DNA of 62,272 bases, the filler included, from Stramenopiles sp. TOSAG23-3 (Eukaryota), in assembly GCA_900128585.1 (NCBI GenBank). It is 27 parts of 27 records of this genome, joined end to end, with 100 filler letters (N's around TTAATTAATTAA, not from the genome) between each part and the next. Parts side by side here need not be neighbours in the genome. Positions count along the whole stretch, not along the records: positions 11,605 to 13,823 come from LT644979.1; positions 13,924 to 16,141 come from LT644980.1; positions 16,242 to 18,457 come from LT644981.1; positions 18,558 to 20,773 come from LT644982.1; positions 20,874 to 23,087 come from LT644983.1; 22 more parts are not named here. One strand, 5' to 3'. The translations under genes and the position numbers were made by a program. How positions within the stretch are numbered: position 1 is the first letter of the stretch; every line of letters starts with the position of its first letter. Shown piece by piece: positions 11,673-22,735 of this stretch. The notes beneath the pieces were generated by a model. The model saw only the letters and a list, made by a program, of their open reading frames with translations. It ran no database searches and had not been told where the DNA came from.

Positions 11673-13823
11673 TTACTGCTCTTTAGTCTTGAAAGAATCC
11701 TTGAGCCGTTGCCCCTCGGCAAGGCAGCATTCGCAGGAGCACCCCGGAATGTACTTCCAAATCTGAGTGTCTACTATTTCACAGTACTCCTTGAACGACA
11801 GGCTGCCCGGGAAGTTCGCGCTCTGATTTTCACGCAGCTTTCGGCCCCGGGCCTTCAACTTTCGCACGCGCACAGGGCAAATGTACTTCATAATGTAAAG
11901 GGTTTCTTTCATTTTCAGTCGCATTGCATTTTCCTTGCTGTTCTGCAGTTTGTCCAGTGCAAGTTCCAGATTGACGATTTGACTCCTGTGCTTTGAAGCA
12001 TTCTTGTCCTGCTGCTCCGCCCTCCAAGCTTTGCTCAGCTTCTTCTTGATGGCCTGGACCCGGCGATCTTTGTCGCAGCCCCATGGCGACTTTCCAGTGC
12101 TGTCCTTCTTTGACGCCTTGGCCCCGTGCAACAGCAAAACCTTCGCCCCGTTGTAATTGCCGTTCTGAAGGGCTACGTGCAACGGGGTTGAACCTTCTTC
12201 TCCCCGTTCACAGTTCATATCAAACCCGCTGTCTCGCTGAAGGAAAAAGGACGACATGAACGCGCTGCTCAGGCGGTCGCCCGACACATACGCGGCAAAG
12301 TCGAAAATGTCCAACGTCTCGCACTCTTGACCCTCTTGCTTCTTTAGCAAAACTTTCTTAAAGATTCCTTTCAACTGCTTCGCCTTCCCTTTGGAATATA
12401 TCTTATGGCGATGCTTTCGCTGGGCAGGCTTTGGCCGTCTAAATATTTCGCCAACTTCCGATATTCGCTTCCACGTTTGCTTTGTCCATACCCACTCCCA
12501 GGCGTCAGGGTCCGCTTCTGCCTCCTTCTTGATCCACTCGTCAAACGGGGGCAGCGGTGGAAATCGGGCACAGTGGGTGCACGGGGATATGTCCCGTTCC
12601 GTCGTTTTCTTTTTCATGTCTGCAATGTAAGCGGCTGCCTGCGCCTCTTTTTGCCTCCGTGCCTTGAGCGCAGCCTCTTCCCCGAGGCCCCTCCGCGTAG
12701 CACGGTCCACAGCAGCCGTGAATTCAGCGTCGAGTTTGGTTTTGACGTTTGTCCAATAGTCGTACACTAGCCAGCCCCCGCTACGAACTTGCACGGCCTC
12801 TTTCCCGCAGTGCCATGTTTTACGACCTTTCGCAGAACTGACAATCCACCCCAACTTACAGACTGGGCACTCCCGCCGAACTTGGTAAGATTGTTGAAAT
12901 TTTTTGCAGCAACGGCAGTTGCACTTTGCATCAAAAATCCACTCGTTGTGGTGCAATAAAGAGAAAAATTGCTCGTAATCCAAGCAGCCCGACTCCTCCA
13001 TGTCCTCCCTCGCTTCAACTAGCTTCACTACTTCACGGTGACGTTCGGATATTCCGTCGCCGTCGCTATCACCATCACAATCAAGTTTGTGCAGCTGTAG
13101 CACCGATACCACCGGACCTTCTCCTACGTCGTCGTCTTCCACGGTGGCAGCTGATGCAGCGGCCGCTGCCGCCGCCGCGACAGCCGACGCCTCCTTCTCC
13201 TCGAGCAACCGCCGTGCACGCTCGGCCTTCCTCTCCATGCGAGCTTCTTGCGCCTTCACCTTGGCTGCGAAGACTTGGGCGGCCCGTATCTCCCGCTTGA
13301 TAGTATTCTTCTCGCGTTTGTACAGTCGAATTTCGCTCGATGGGGAGGACAATGGGTTGCTTTGGCTCCGCGTTTTCATAATGATTGTTTGGATCTTGCG
13401 CCTTTCTAAATATTTGGCAAGGTAATTGCTGCTGTATCCTTTCGTGTCCTCAACGTCGGGGTCGGCGCCCTGTTCCAGGCAGTACGAGGCAATCTCCCCG
13501 CTCCCTGAAATCGTGGCATCCAAAAGGGGAGTGTTGCCATCCCCACCATGAACGTCGATCTCGAACCCATCGGCGAAGAGTGGGTGAGTATGCACCATAT
13601 GAAATGCTTGCACGTTGTCGTCCCCCCTCGCTGCAAGATAGTGAAGGATGGTGTGCCCCTCCGCGTCCGTCACCGCATCGATAGCTACAAAATCGTCACT
13701 CCCCCCCACGTGGTTGCGTGCGAAACGACCAAGTAGTTCTTCCAGCGCGTCCTCCCTTCCAAGTTGCGTCAAGCCCAACGCTTTGCTGAGGAATGCAGGC
13801 ATAGAGCGCTTCGCCAACTTTGG
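11673..13823 (-). CDS. Ankyrin-repeat protein with coiled coil and two CxCxCC modules
   Basis: GHTILHYLA, GNTPLLDA, GSTPLHVAL; W....CNCRCC and W....CSCECC. Confidence 0.8.
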   Translation of the reverse strand, partial: PKLAKRSMPAFLSKALGLTQLGREDALEELLGRFARNHVGGSDDFVAIDAVTDAEGHTILHYLAARGDDNVQAFHMVHTHPLFADGFEIDVHGGDGNTPLLDATISGSGEIASYCLEQGADPDVEDTKGYSSNYLAKYLERRKIQTIIMKTRSQSNPLSSPSSEIRLYKREKNTIKREIRAAQVFAAKVKAQEARMERKAERARRLLEEKEASAVAAAAAAAASAATVEDDDVGEGPVVSVLQLHKLDCDGDSDGDGISERHREVVKLVEAREDMEESGCLDYEQFFSLLHHNEWIFDAKCNCRCCKKFQQSYQVRRECPVCKLGWIVSSAKGRKTWHCGKEAVQVRSGGWLVYDYWTNVKTKLDAEFTAAVDRATRRGLGEEAALKARRQKEAQAAAYIADMKKKTTERDISPCTHCARFPPLPPFDEWIKKEAEADPDAWEWVWTKQTWKRISEVGEIFRRPKPAQRKHRHKIYSKGKAKQLKGIFKKVLLKKQEGQECETLDIFDFAAYVSGDRLSSAFMSSFFLQRDSGFDMNCERGEEGSTPLHVALQNGNYNGAKVLLLHGAKASKKDSTGKSPWGCDKDRRVQAIKKKLSKAWRAEQQDKNASKHRSQIVNLELALDKLQNSKENAMRLKMKETLYIMKYICPVRVRKLKARGRKLRENQSANFPGSLSFKEYCEIVDTQIWKYIPGCSCECCLAEGQRLKDSFKTKEQ

Positions 13824-13940
13824 NNNNNNNNNNNNNNNNNNNNNNNNNNNNNNNNNNNNNNNNNNNNTTAATTAATTAANNNNNNNNNNNNNNNNNNNNN
13901 NNNNNNNNNNNNNNNNNNNNNNNAGCCAAGACCAAGCGAC

Positions 13941-14433
13941 AAGGGTATATCGATTAGTAAAACCACAAGAGCAAAGATAAGTTCGCAGTTCATGAAGGAA
14001 TGCAAACGTAGAATGTCTAAATCTAGATTTCAGTTCGCAGTACATTAATTTTAATTATACTTAAATAACAGCCAATTTTCTTGTTTTTTTGTTGTGAAGA
14101 AGATACAATTAGAAAACAAGAAAATTAAAATTTTTAATTATCATACTATAAGGGTATATCGACTAGTAAATTACTACCATATAATAAAATGAGAGTCTTA
14201 AAAAGCATGTTGTAAACCTCGAATGTTAGTTTAGTAGATTTCAGTTCGCAGTACACTAATTTTAAAATTACTTATAAATATTATAATAACAGCCAATTTT
14301 CTGGTTTTTATTTAAAAAGCATAATACTTTAATAACAAGTTAGGATTAGGGTACGACGAAGCTAAATTTAATTACTTAAATAACAGCCAATTTTCTTGTT
14401 TTTAACTTTAATAACAGCCAATTTTCTTGTTTT
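13941..14433. repeat. Degenerate tandem duplication (about 210-bp units) with four copies of ATAACAGCCAATTTTCT(T/G)GTTTT
   Basis: AAGGGTATATCGAyTAGTAAA at about 13941 and 14150; TAGATTTCAGTTCGCAGTACA at about 14024 and 14235; 23-mer at 14065, 14286, 14380, 14411. Confidence 0.9.
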
Positions 14434-14504
14434 TAAACTTAGGGTTCAAATGGTGAGTTCGTCACGGAAGAACCAAAACTCGGATCCTAGAATTCCATCC
14501 CAGT

Positions 14505-15737
14505 TTATTCATTCTGTAGGAGAAGTGTGGACAGACGCTGTTTCAAATAAACTCGCATCAGCTGTTTACGGCTCAAAACGTCGTGGACTCGCAAATACCT
14601 ATCTAAAGATACAGACACCAGAAGTGTTTCTGTAGGATCTAGAGCAAGTCCACGGACGGATCCCGAAAAGCCTTTGAAAGTAGAAACTACTTTGCCACTG
14701 CCCATATCAATCTTCACCACTCGCCCCTGTGTATCGCCTGCAAATACACCTTTTCCTTCATTTGACGGACAAAGCGACATAAACGGAGGCTTGTCACCTG
14801 TTGGACTGGCAATAAAATAGTTAGAAACAGGTTGGTTGCTAGCCCTCGTGTCGTACAAACGTACTTCGCTGTAGCCAGTCCCTACAAATATGGTGTGGCC
14901 TCCGTCGGCAGGTGTATTGCCACTGCTGCTGCTGGATGCGAACTGGATGTCGTTTACCCAAATTGGAACCGCCATATTAAGCCAATCGTGGGGGACGTTT
15001 TTGGCTTTCCACGATTGCTTCTGCTCGTTTAAATCATAAAGCCGAAGGTCTAGGTCCTTTCCACCCAGCGCGACTACATGGTTTGCCGCAGGACACGGCC
15101 GCATTTTATGAACTGGGTGGCCTACCGAAAAGAGGGATTCTTTGTTGTCTTTTGATGGCAAACTTGTTATACGCATCGAGCCCCGGTTCGTACAAGAGGC
15201 AATTTTTCTGCACAGTTTTCCATCGCTCTGCGTAGCCGACGTCCCTACTTCGCATACCCCAACAGTCCTTTCTACACGTGGCTTCTTCTCATCTTTTTTG
15301 CCTTCCAACGGCAAATTGAAATGCTGCTGTTTAGTTTCATAGACTAACGCCTTCTTTGAGTAGTCCCACTCCTGTACAACTCCCTTGTGCGTGGCTAGGC
15401 ATATCGAAGTGGACGACTGGAATGGGCGGAGAAAACACATTGCATCTATGCCACTTGCACGCTCTTGTGTGGCTCCTACATTGATACGAGTGACTTGAGG
15501 TTTGATCGCTTTTTTCTGTTCTATCAAAGCCTTTTTCCTCTTTTCTTCGTCGTCCTCATTGTCAGAGTCATCGCCGATTTTCATAGTAGTAGGGGCATTC
15601 TTATCATCGTCGTCAATTTTGCGCTTCTTCACTACAGGCTTACTTGACCATCCCATAGGTTTTGCTCTCACATTTGGAAAAAACACATGTTTCAAAAGGC
15701 CAGTTTCATCGCCAACCAGGCACGACAAGGAACTCAT
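14505..15737 (-). CDS. WDR74: WD40 ribosome biogenesis factor WDR74/Nsa1
   Basis: N-term GDETGLLK; GGKDLDLRLYDL..Q.WKAKNVPHDWL...VPIW; VRLYDTR; FKGFSGSVR; SVSLDRYLRVHD; VYLKQRL. Confidence 0.9.
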   Translation of the reverse strand: MSSLSCLVGDETGLLKHVFFPNVRAKPMGWSSKPVVKKRKIDDDDKNAPTTMKIGDDSDNEDDEEKRKKALIEQKKAIKPQVTRINVGATQERASGIDAMCFLRPFQSSTSICLATHKGVVQEWDYSKKALVYETKQQHFNLPLEGKKDEKKPRVERTVGVCEVGTSATQSDGKLCRKIASCTNRGSMRITSLPSKDNKESLFSVGHPVHKMRPCPAANHVVALGGKDLDLRLYDLNEQKQSWKAKNVPHDWLNMAVPIWVNDIQFASSSSSGNTPADGGHTIFVGTGYSEVRLYDTRASNQPVSNYFIASPTGDKPPFMSLCPSNEGKGVFAGDTQGRVVKIDMGSGKVVSTFKGFSGSVRGLALDPTETLLVSVSLDRYLRVHDVLSRKQLMRVYLKQRLSTLLLQNE

Positions 15738-16241
15738 CTCTTACGCCTGCAATTCTATATGCTGCGTGTGTGTGTTGTTTCGCTTCGTTCCACAAAAAGA
15801 ATCGTTTCAAAAAATGTTGTCGCACAGTGATAAGGCAAAACTATATACTCGGCTTTTGGTTTAATGAAGCACCGTGAATTGGATAATGTACGTGGGATTT
15901 AACAAAACGCTTGCATAATGCCTATCAAGGTTAAAGAGTTGGGCGACGATGTCATTCTCTTTTCGGTCCGCTTCTTTCGTCTTCTTCAAAAAAAGACGAC
16001 GACTTTCTTACTGGTTTCCTTCTTCGCGCACTCTCTGCTGCTGATGATGTACCGTACCTTCTTGGTGTACCGTATTATTATTATTATACCGATGATATTA
16101 TATTCTAATAATAATAATAATAATATTACCAACACAATGATNNNNNNNNNNNNNNNNNNNNNNNNNNNNNNNNNNNNNNNNNNNNTTAATTAATTAANNN
16201 NNNNNNNNNNNNNNNNNNNNNNNNNNNNNNNNNNNNNNNNN

Positions 16242-16719
16242 AGCCGTCGTTCAGCTGCTGTATTTCCTCCACGTAGCGGACTAAAATTGCCCTCGTGCAG
16301 AAAGTCCCTTCCATGTCGTTTATGCGAGCCGGTTTGGAAAGCTTGTCAGATCCGGAGACAAAAACCCCCCGGGCAGTGGACGTGAGTTTGGACGCGCAGG
16401 AAAAAAACTGGTGCGGAACTGCGATTTGTCGAGGGGGGATAGAGTGGATTTTTTCTGGCGGTACTTTCCGACCGGCCGCTTTGGCCGCTTTCCGTTCTTC
16501 CCTTTTCTTCTTATTTTTTTTCTTGTCTAAGCTACCGCGGGAAGGTGTTGGCTTCGCCCCATGGCCAGGTACATACACTTGGGCCCTTAAATAATACACA
16601 CCCTGGTGGTACAAATCAACGTTCCGAAACTCCGTAAAGTGCACCAAAACGTCCAACACCGCGGCAACGTTGCCAGTTGCATGTGAAGAAGTGCGACGGG
16701 CTTCAGTCACGGCCGCCAT
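16242..16719 (-). CDS. FAM135: FAM135-family protein, N-terminal fragment
   Basis: VHFTEFRNVDLYHQGVYYLR and F.TR...VRY.EE...LND match the FAM135 N-terminus. Confidence 0.7.
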
Positions 16720-17364
16720 TATTGTTTAAAAACTTTAAAAAGAAGGTTGAAAACGATCACAACACTTCGCAAAGCGTAGAAACGGTTCAAAATTGTACTC
16801 TATGTTTCTACTCGAGCATTACTTTTAGCATGGGTATTTTAATAACAATATCTTCTTCAAATATATACATTACACATAGGAATACATAAACTCTAAAATA
16901 TATTCTTCTCTCTCTTCTCTCTACTATACTCTTCTTCTTCTTTTTTTTCGGTTCCTTTTTTTTTTTCTTCTAATTGTTGTGTCGTGTGTGATGTCTGGGT
17001 GTATGTACCCCCTACGTACGATACAGGTATTATCACATAATACGTGTACCCGTACCAATTTTATTTATTCTTCTATCTTATAATCAGATTTTATTATTTT
17101 TTTTCACTTCTTCGTTCTTCTTCTTTGCTTTACTTTTACCTTGTACTGCATCATTTTCTCTTTCTTCTTCAATCATCATACTACGTATATATAAATGTAA
17201 TAATATCCTGTGTAATACGAAATGTAATATGGAAACACAGCAAAAAGAAGAAAGAAGAAAAAAAGAAGAATTTATTGTCACATCTATTGTGAGTAGTTTT
17301 TATATCTTTTTATGAGCATACAGTAAAAGAATTTTAATAAAAGACTTAACGGAAATAATCTTCT

Positions 17365-18457
17365 TCAGATTTTCGCTTTTAAATTGTTCCAATAATCAAA
17401 ATTACTCAAAACTACCTCGTACAGCGGTTGCAGTTCTTCGAGGTGAGAGGTAGCAGTTTCCCAAAACGGCAAGACAATGTAGTCAAAAAACCCAATTTGG
17501 TTCTTTTTCGTGTCCGGGACGTTACGGTCCATGAAGGGGGACACACTCATGCCTAAATCTTTTTCCCTGTCGCCTTGCAAAAAAAACTCTTCTATGATGG
17601 CGGCGGTCCACTGCAGATGGAGCGTCCTTTCCTTGGAACTGTGGCCTATGTCTGCCAACTTCAGCATCGTTTGCATGAACACCAACGGTTCGTCTTGTAG
17701 CCGATGCTCTTCTTGCCTCTGGAACGTCTTTAGCCGTGCTCCGAATGCGAAGTGAGACTTTAAGTCGGTTGCCAATACCATTTCGATGGCCAACTGGCGG
17801 AATTTGGTGAATTGATCATCGTCCAGCTGGGAGAATATATTCGAGTCAGGGTGCGACCATCCGGTTTGGAACGCGACAGCAATGTGCATTCGCTCCAATA
17901 CCGAGCTGTCGTTGTACCTCAGCGCAAGCGGGTGGTTGCTCGCTATCAGGAACCTATTTGATACCCCAAGGTGCCCTACGTCATGCACGGCTGCTGAGAA
18001 AAGAGCAGTGAACAAGTCCAGCGTTGACAGGCTGCTCATGAACCCTAGCGTATTCATCATGTAATGAAGCCCGTGCAAGACGTCTGCGCCATGGATGTTG
18101 CTATGGTACGGGTGGCTCTCGTACGCGCTTTCGATCCGGCCCATGTACTTCACAAAGGTGTTGGGGTTTATCTTCATTGCACTGAGCAAATTGTGCTTTT
18201 TGAAAATGCACCAAGATATCGTCACAAGCGGGCTTCCATTCGTCAACTTGTTGATCTTGAACATGTTCAAATTCCAATCGGACAAATCGCCTATTATGTT
18301 CACGACTTTCTGCAACAGCAAGTCTTTTAGCAACTGGGGCCTGGGTTGCGCCTCCGTGTTCAAGGGGCCTGGCTTCTTCTTCTGCTTCTCTTCTACACTT
18401 CCTTGCCGAACCCTGCTATTTTCGGGGTCCAAACCAAGCAGCCACTCTTTTACGTCT
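17365..18457 (-). CDS. Class I 3',5'-cyclic nucleotide phosphodiesterase, catalytic domain (5' partial)
   Basis: PYHSNIHGADV, HDVGHLGVSN, SVLERMH, VLATDL, LKLADI, EEFFLQGD, QIGF. Confidence 0.95.
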
Positions 18458-18715
18458 NNNNNNNNNNNNNNNNNNNNNNNNNNNNNNNNNNNNNNNNNNN
18501 NTTAATTAATTAANNNNNNNNNNNNNNNNNNNNNNNNNNNNNNNNNNNNNNNNNNNNTGGTACTGCTCAATGAAATAATGATCGGTATTGAGTTTGATCG
18601 TTTCGTGGTCGTATTACACATACAGATGTAAGTGTACCTTCTGGGAGTCCTAAACGGCTATGCCGGTATACTCTTGTTGACGCATTGGTTGCCCTTTCCT
18701 CCCCTCCTCCCTTCT

Positions 18716-20557
18716 TCAATTTATCCACGCTTTGGTTTGATAAAAATCTTTGGATTGAAACAGCGCACATGCTTTCAGCTTCAGATTCCGCCGCAATGTC
18801 GCCGCCTCCGTGCCTAGATCCATGGTAAAGTAGTCTGCGCCCGGCACGGCCTGCGATTGAAAAACCGTCCAACTCTTCACGTTGCCGGTGCTTGCAAACT
18901 CGTAGAGCAACGACCTCATGTGCTTTGTAAATTGCCGGTCGTCCTCCTCTACCGTCATGTTTTTCAACTGGTTGTAGTTGAACAACGCAAACATGTCTAA
19001 GCCATGAAAGCTGTATCGAGGGCAATACTCAGGTATGCTTTGGAACCTTTCCAGCTCGCAAAAGGGAGAGGCTGGTTGATGGGACAGCGTGTACACGAAC
19101 AACGGGGCTTTCCATCCCCGCGCCATTGCCGACGCCAGGTACATCGTGGGGCAAACCTCGGTAGCATCCGACACAATATCTGCCAACACTTGCTGCTGAG
19201 GCAAAAACGCAGCAACACCCCCATCGTCGTCTTCCCCGTCGTCTTCATCGTCTGGGTCCACGTCCCTGTCTCCGATTGAAGCCCCGCCGTCTTCCAGCAA
19301 ATCCCCGCGCATCAGATTTCTAGTGGGATGGGTTATGTATTGTTCGGATACCATCTTTGAGAAATCGGCTCCATAGTACGGCGCAATGCTTGCTTCGACC
19401 AAACCCACGAACTCGTCCTTCGTGAATTTTCGTACGTCCTGGCTCGGTGCAAAGTCGGCCTCCTCGCGGGTTACGCCCAAAATAGTAGGGACGTCCAACG
19501 ATAGCAATGGGTTCTTCTTGCTGGAGAACGCTGTCAAATAATCATGCTGAATGGCGTAGCCATCGATGAGTAGCAGCGGGGCGGCGGAGTATTTAGGGGC
19601 AAACACGTCCAACGAAAAGCTATCGGGGTTCCAGTTTTCTGGCATTGCCTTGACCAAGTCTACCGCTGGCATTCCCCGCAGGCATTTGCACATGCTGGCC
19701 GGGGGTTGACCCCACCGGTTCTTGCAAACCGTTCGGTTCACAACTTGCTGGTGCCAGAACGAGGAAGCCTCTTCAAGTGTAGCGTTCAGGCGTGGTGATC
19801 CGGACATTGATATGGCGCGATGGAAAAGCCCTTTCGCGAGCTGTGAAGATAGCAATGCCAAGACAATGCTGCCCCCAGAACTCTGTCCGTAAATGGTTAT
19901 TCTCATTGGATCTCCACCGAATTTCATAATGTTTGCTCGGACAAATTTCAAGGCCGTGATACAATCGAGCAGGCCGTAGTTGCCGCTCACTCCACGAGGC
20001 GACTCTTGGGAAAATGGATCGATCGCCAGAAATCCCAATACACCCAGGCGATAGTTAAGCGCCACGGAGACTACCCCCTCCTCGTCATCTGCTACGGAGT
20101 ACTCCCCCCCATACGAACTCTGGACGCTCAGGGCCGACCCCTCAACTAGCGACCCCCCATGAAAGTACACGACGACCGGGCGAAGTTTCTCTGGGGACAG
20201 CGAAGTCGTCCATACGTGCAAATGCAGGCAGTCTTCGGATAATTTTCCGGCAGATTTCGGTTTCTGGAAACATGCAGGCCCGGCATTGTCAGCTTCGAAA
20301 ACTTTCTTCCCCCACGACTGAGCAGGGTAGGGCCGCCTCCACCTTCTTTTTCCGACTGGGGGGGAAGCGTACGGTATTCCAAGAAACTCAACAACCGAAG
20401 AATTTTCGTTCTTCAAGTGACCAGCAATTTTTCCCAAGGTAGACTGTACGACGTAGTCCTTTTCTTCGGCTTCATCGCCACCCTCTGCGCCAGCAACGAG
20501 GCAGGCGTGGAGAAACAAGCACGCGAAGAGCACGGTTAGTTTCCCTGTATTGGCCAT
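18716..20557 (-). CDS. Secreted type-B carboxylesterase (alpha/beta hydrolase)
   Basis: Signal peptide from ATG 20557; FLGIPYA.PPVG..RW, SEDCL.L.VW, HGG, NYRLG..GF, GNYGLLD, FGGDP..IT.YGQSSGG; candidate catalytic Glu (GVTREE) and His (FHGLD). Confidence 0.93.
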   Translation of the reverse strand: MANTGKLTVLFACLFLHACLVAGAEGGDEAEEKDYVVQSTLGKIAGHLKNENSSVVEFLGIPYASPPVGKRRWRRPYPAQSWGKKVFEADNAGPACFQKPKSAGKLSEDCLHLHVWTTSLSPEKLRPVVVYFHGGSLVEGSALSVQSSYGGEYSVADDEEGVVSVALNYRLGVLGFLAIDPFSQESPRGVSGNYGLLDCITALKFVRANIMKFGGDPMRITIYGQSSGGSIVLALLSSQLAKGLFHRAISMSGSPRLNATLEEASSFWHQQVVNRTVCKNRWGQPPASMCKCLRGMPAVDLVKAMPENWNPDSFSLDVFAPKYSAAPLLLIDGYAIQHDYLTAFSSKKNPLLSLDVPTILGVTREEADFAPSQDVRKFTKDEFVGLVEASIAPYYGADFSKMVSEQYITHPTRNLMRGDLLEDGGASIGDRDVDPDDEDDGEDDDGGVAAFLPQQQVLADIVSDATEVCPTMYLASAMARGWKAPLFVYTLSHQPASPFCELERFQSIPEYCPRYSFHGLDMFALFNYNQLKNMTVEEDDRQFTKHMRSLLYEFASTGNVKSWTVFQSQAVPGADYFTMDLGTEAATLRRNLKLKACALFQSKDFYQTKAWIN

Positions 20558-20873
20558 AGCAGTCCCTTGACTCAAAAAAATGAATTGAACGGAGAGAGGC
20601 GGGCTGGACGAACTGTATCCGTTTGCTGTTAAACAACGTAGGTAGTCCTACTATCGATGATGGTTATTGTTTTCTACCAAAATAGTTTGTGTGTGAATTA
20701 AATAGTTTTATTTTGTCGCCCATAATATCAATTTCCATTTCATTCGTTCCTACTCGTTGTTTGTTTGTTTCTTNNNNNNNNNNNNNNNNNNNNNNNNNNN
20801 NNNNNNNNNNNNNNNNNTTAATTAATTAANNNNNNNNNNNNNNNNNNNNNNNNNNNNNNNNNNNNNNNNNNNN

Positions 20874-21572
20874 GAAGGAAAGATGGGGGAAGAAGGGAAG
20901 CAGGCTGAACCGTCTCGCCCAGTGTCGGACTACAAAGTCAAGGTCATGCTTCAATTGCTGTCGCAAGAAGCCGGGTTTTTAATCGATGGGAGCACTCGCA
21001 ACGAGCTCGATGCGCTGCCAAAGGTCGAGGCCGCGGTCGCAAAAGCAGATTCCATATTAAAAGCGCTTGGCATCGAGAGTGAAAAAGACGTTGAAAAGCT
21101 ACTCACTTACTTTTTTGATAGTCCTTACGAGGAAGAAGGGAGTGACGACGAGTCGGACAACGCATTGCTGAAGGTGCAGCCAGAAGAAGTTGTTAGAATC
21201 GTCAAAAAGTACGTCGTCGACCGAGAAGACGAGCGACGCGACGACCCTGCCATGCAGCTGCAGGCAGCCACCATGGCAGAAAAAGCAGCCGCAGCCCAAC
21301 GGGCCAGGAGGAGAAAGGAAGAACGTCAATTTTGGTCTCGTATTGCGAACATAGTGCCGCCGAAGACGAATAGGGTCTGGGGCGCCCTCTCCAAGATGCA
21401 GTTAAAGTATGTCCAGATCTTAAAGGAGCGCGAATCTGCGATCAAGGAAACCAACAGTCTTCAGAGCCAAAACAATGAGTTGAAGGCTCTTTTGAACCAG
21501 TACCTTGGGGCCGATGTGAACGATGAATTACATATTCCACCCACACAAGTGATCCGAATTGATGGGGAGTAA
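20874..21572 (+). CDS. DRC1: Dynein regulatory complex subunit 1, C-terminal part
   Basis: LLSQEAGFLI, DSILKALG, FW...N.V....RVW.AL...KY..IL.ER, QNNELKALLNQYL...VN.EL.IPPTQV. Confidence 0.88.
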   Translation, partial: EGKMGEEGKQAEPSRPVSDYKVKVMLQLLSQEAGFLIDGSTRNELDALPKVEAAVAKADSILKALGIESEKDVEKLLTYFFDSPYEEEGSDDESDNALLKVQPEEVVRIVKKYVVDREDERRDDPAMQLQAATMAEKAAAAQRARRRKEERQFWSRIANIVPPKTNRVWGALSKMQLKYVQILKERESAIKETNSLQSQNNELKALLNQYLGADVNDELHIPPTQVIRIDGE

Positions 21573-22078
21573 ATAATTAAGAGTACTTCTTTCTGTTTAT
21601 GATATTCTTAAATTAGCTATTTTCAATTCTTCGGGGTGTAAATAATAATACGCACATCATCATATAATAGGTAAAACATATTATTGTAAAACAATATTTA
21701 AGTATAAAAATAGGCTATGTTAATGTACTTTATTATTTTTAAATCACTTCTTGCTGCTTGCTGCTGCAGTGCTGCAGACGGCAGACGATCCAAGTGAGAA
21801 GGGAGATCCATCTCCTCTTCCTCTCTTCCTCCTCCTTCTTCTTTTTTTTTCTTTCTATTCTCTTCTCTTCTCTTCTCTTCTCTTCTCTTCTCTTCTCTTC
21901 TCTTCCTACTCTCTTCACTTTTTCTTCTCCTCTTCTTCTTTCAGAACTTCAATTATTCCTACATTCCGACATTGACTTAAATATGGTAAAATGCCGGAAG
22001 CGATGGAAGTAAATTTTATAAATGAAAGAGGAAAATCAACAGTAGGACCAAGAAGCAATGTTTTCACAGCAGCCATAA

Positions 22079-22735
22079 ATGCATAAAATAAAGCTGTTTC
22101 GAAACAAGAGAGCAGATGCGCACACCGAGCTGGATAAAATAGATGTGGGTGACTCCGTGCGCGAGACACTTTCAAAAGTTGAGGAAGGGAAAAAAATATG
22201 CACTGACGTCCTTTTCGAGGCCATTGAAAATTTCCAATATGCAAGCACAATTCAGGCCATGGTTTACGCTGGGGCCAATGTAAATAGTAGGAACATAGAG
22301 GGTAAGGCGCCTTTGCACTTGGCATGTGAGCATGGATTAAAAGATGTGGTTCAGATTTTGATTGATGAAGGAGGAGACATTGAAGTCCAAGACTACGAGC
22401 TCGGATATTCCGCGTTGCACGCTGCTGCCATACGGCATACGGACGATGTAGAGATTATCACTATACTCTTAAAGACACTAAAACCAGGAGTTATAGGAAG
22501 ACGACAGGTAAACTGTCGCGATTTTCACGGAGAGACGCCTTTAATGCTAGCCGCAATGCGCAACAACGTTCGTGTTGTAAAGGCACTTCTGAAAAAAGGC
22601 AGTGATTTCACCCTCCGCGATCACTTTGATCGCTCGGCACTCGAGTGCGCGAAAGAATTTCAAAACGAGGAAACATACGTGATTCTGAAAGAACTTTATG
22701 ACAGGAAAATCTTGGGGCGTTCCCCACTCCCTTAA
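22079..22735 (+). CDS. Ankyrin-repeat protein
   Basis: GKAPLHLAC, GYSALHAA, GETPLMLAA, DRSALE. Confidence 0.85.
   Translation: MHKIKLFRNKRADAHTELDKIDVGDSVRETLSKVEEGKKICTDVLFEAIENFQYASTIQAMVYAGANVNSRNIEGKAPLHLACEHGLKDVVQILIDEGGDIEVQDYELGYSALHAAAIRHTDDVEIITILLKTLKPGVIGRRQVNCRDFHGETPLMLAAMRNNVRVVKALLKKGSDFTLRDHFDRSALECAKEFQNEETYVILKELYDRKILGRSPLP

Noticed and set aside
13941..14433. CRISPR-like array
   Set aside because: Irregular spacing (221, 94 and 31 bp start to start), related and AT-rich intervening sequence, eukaryotic context, no cas genes
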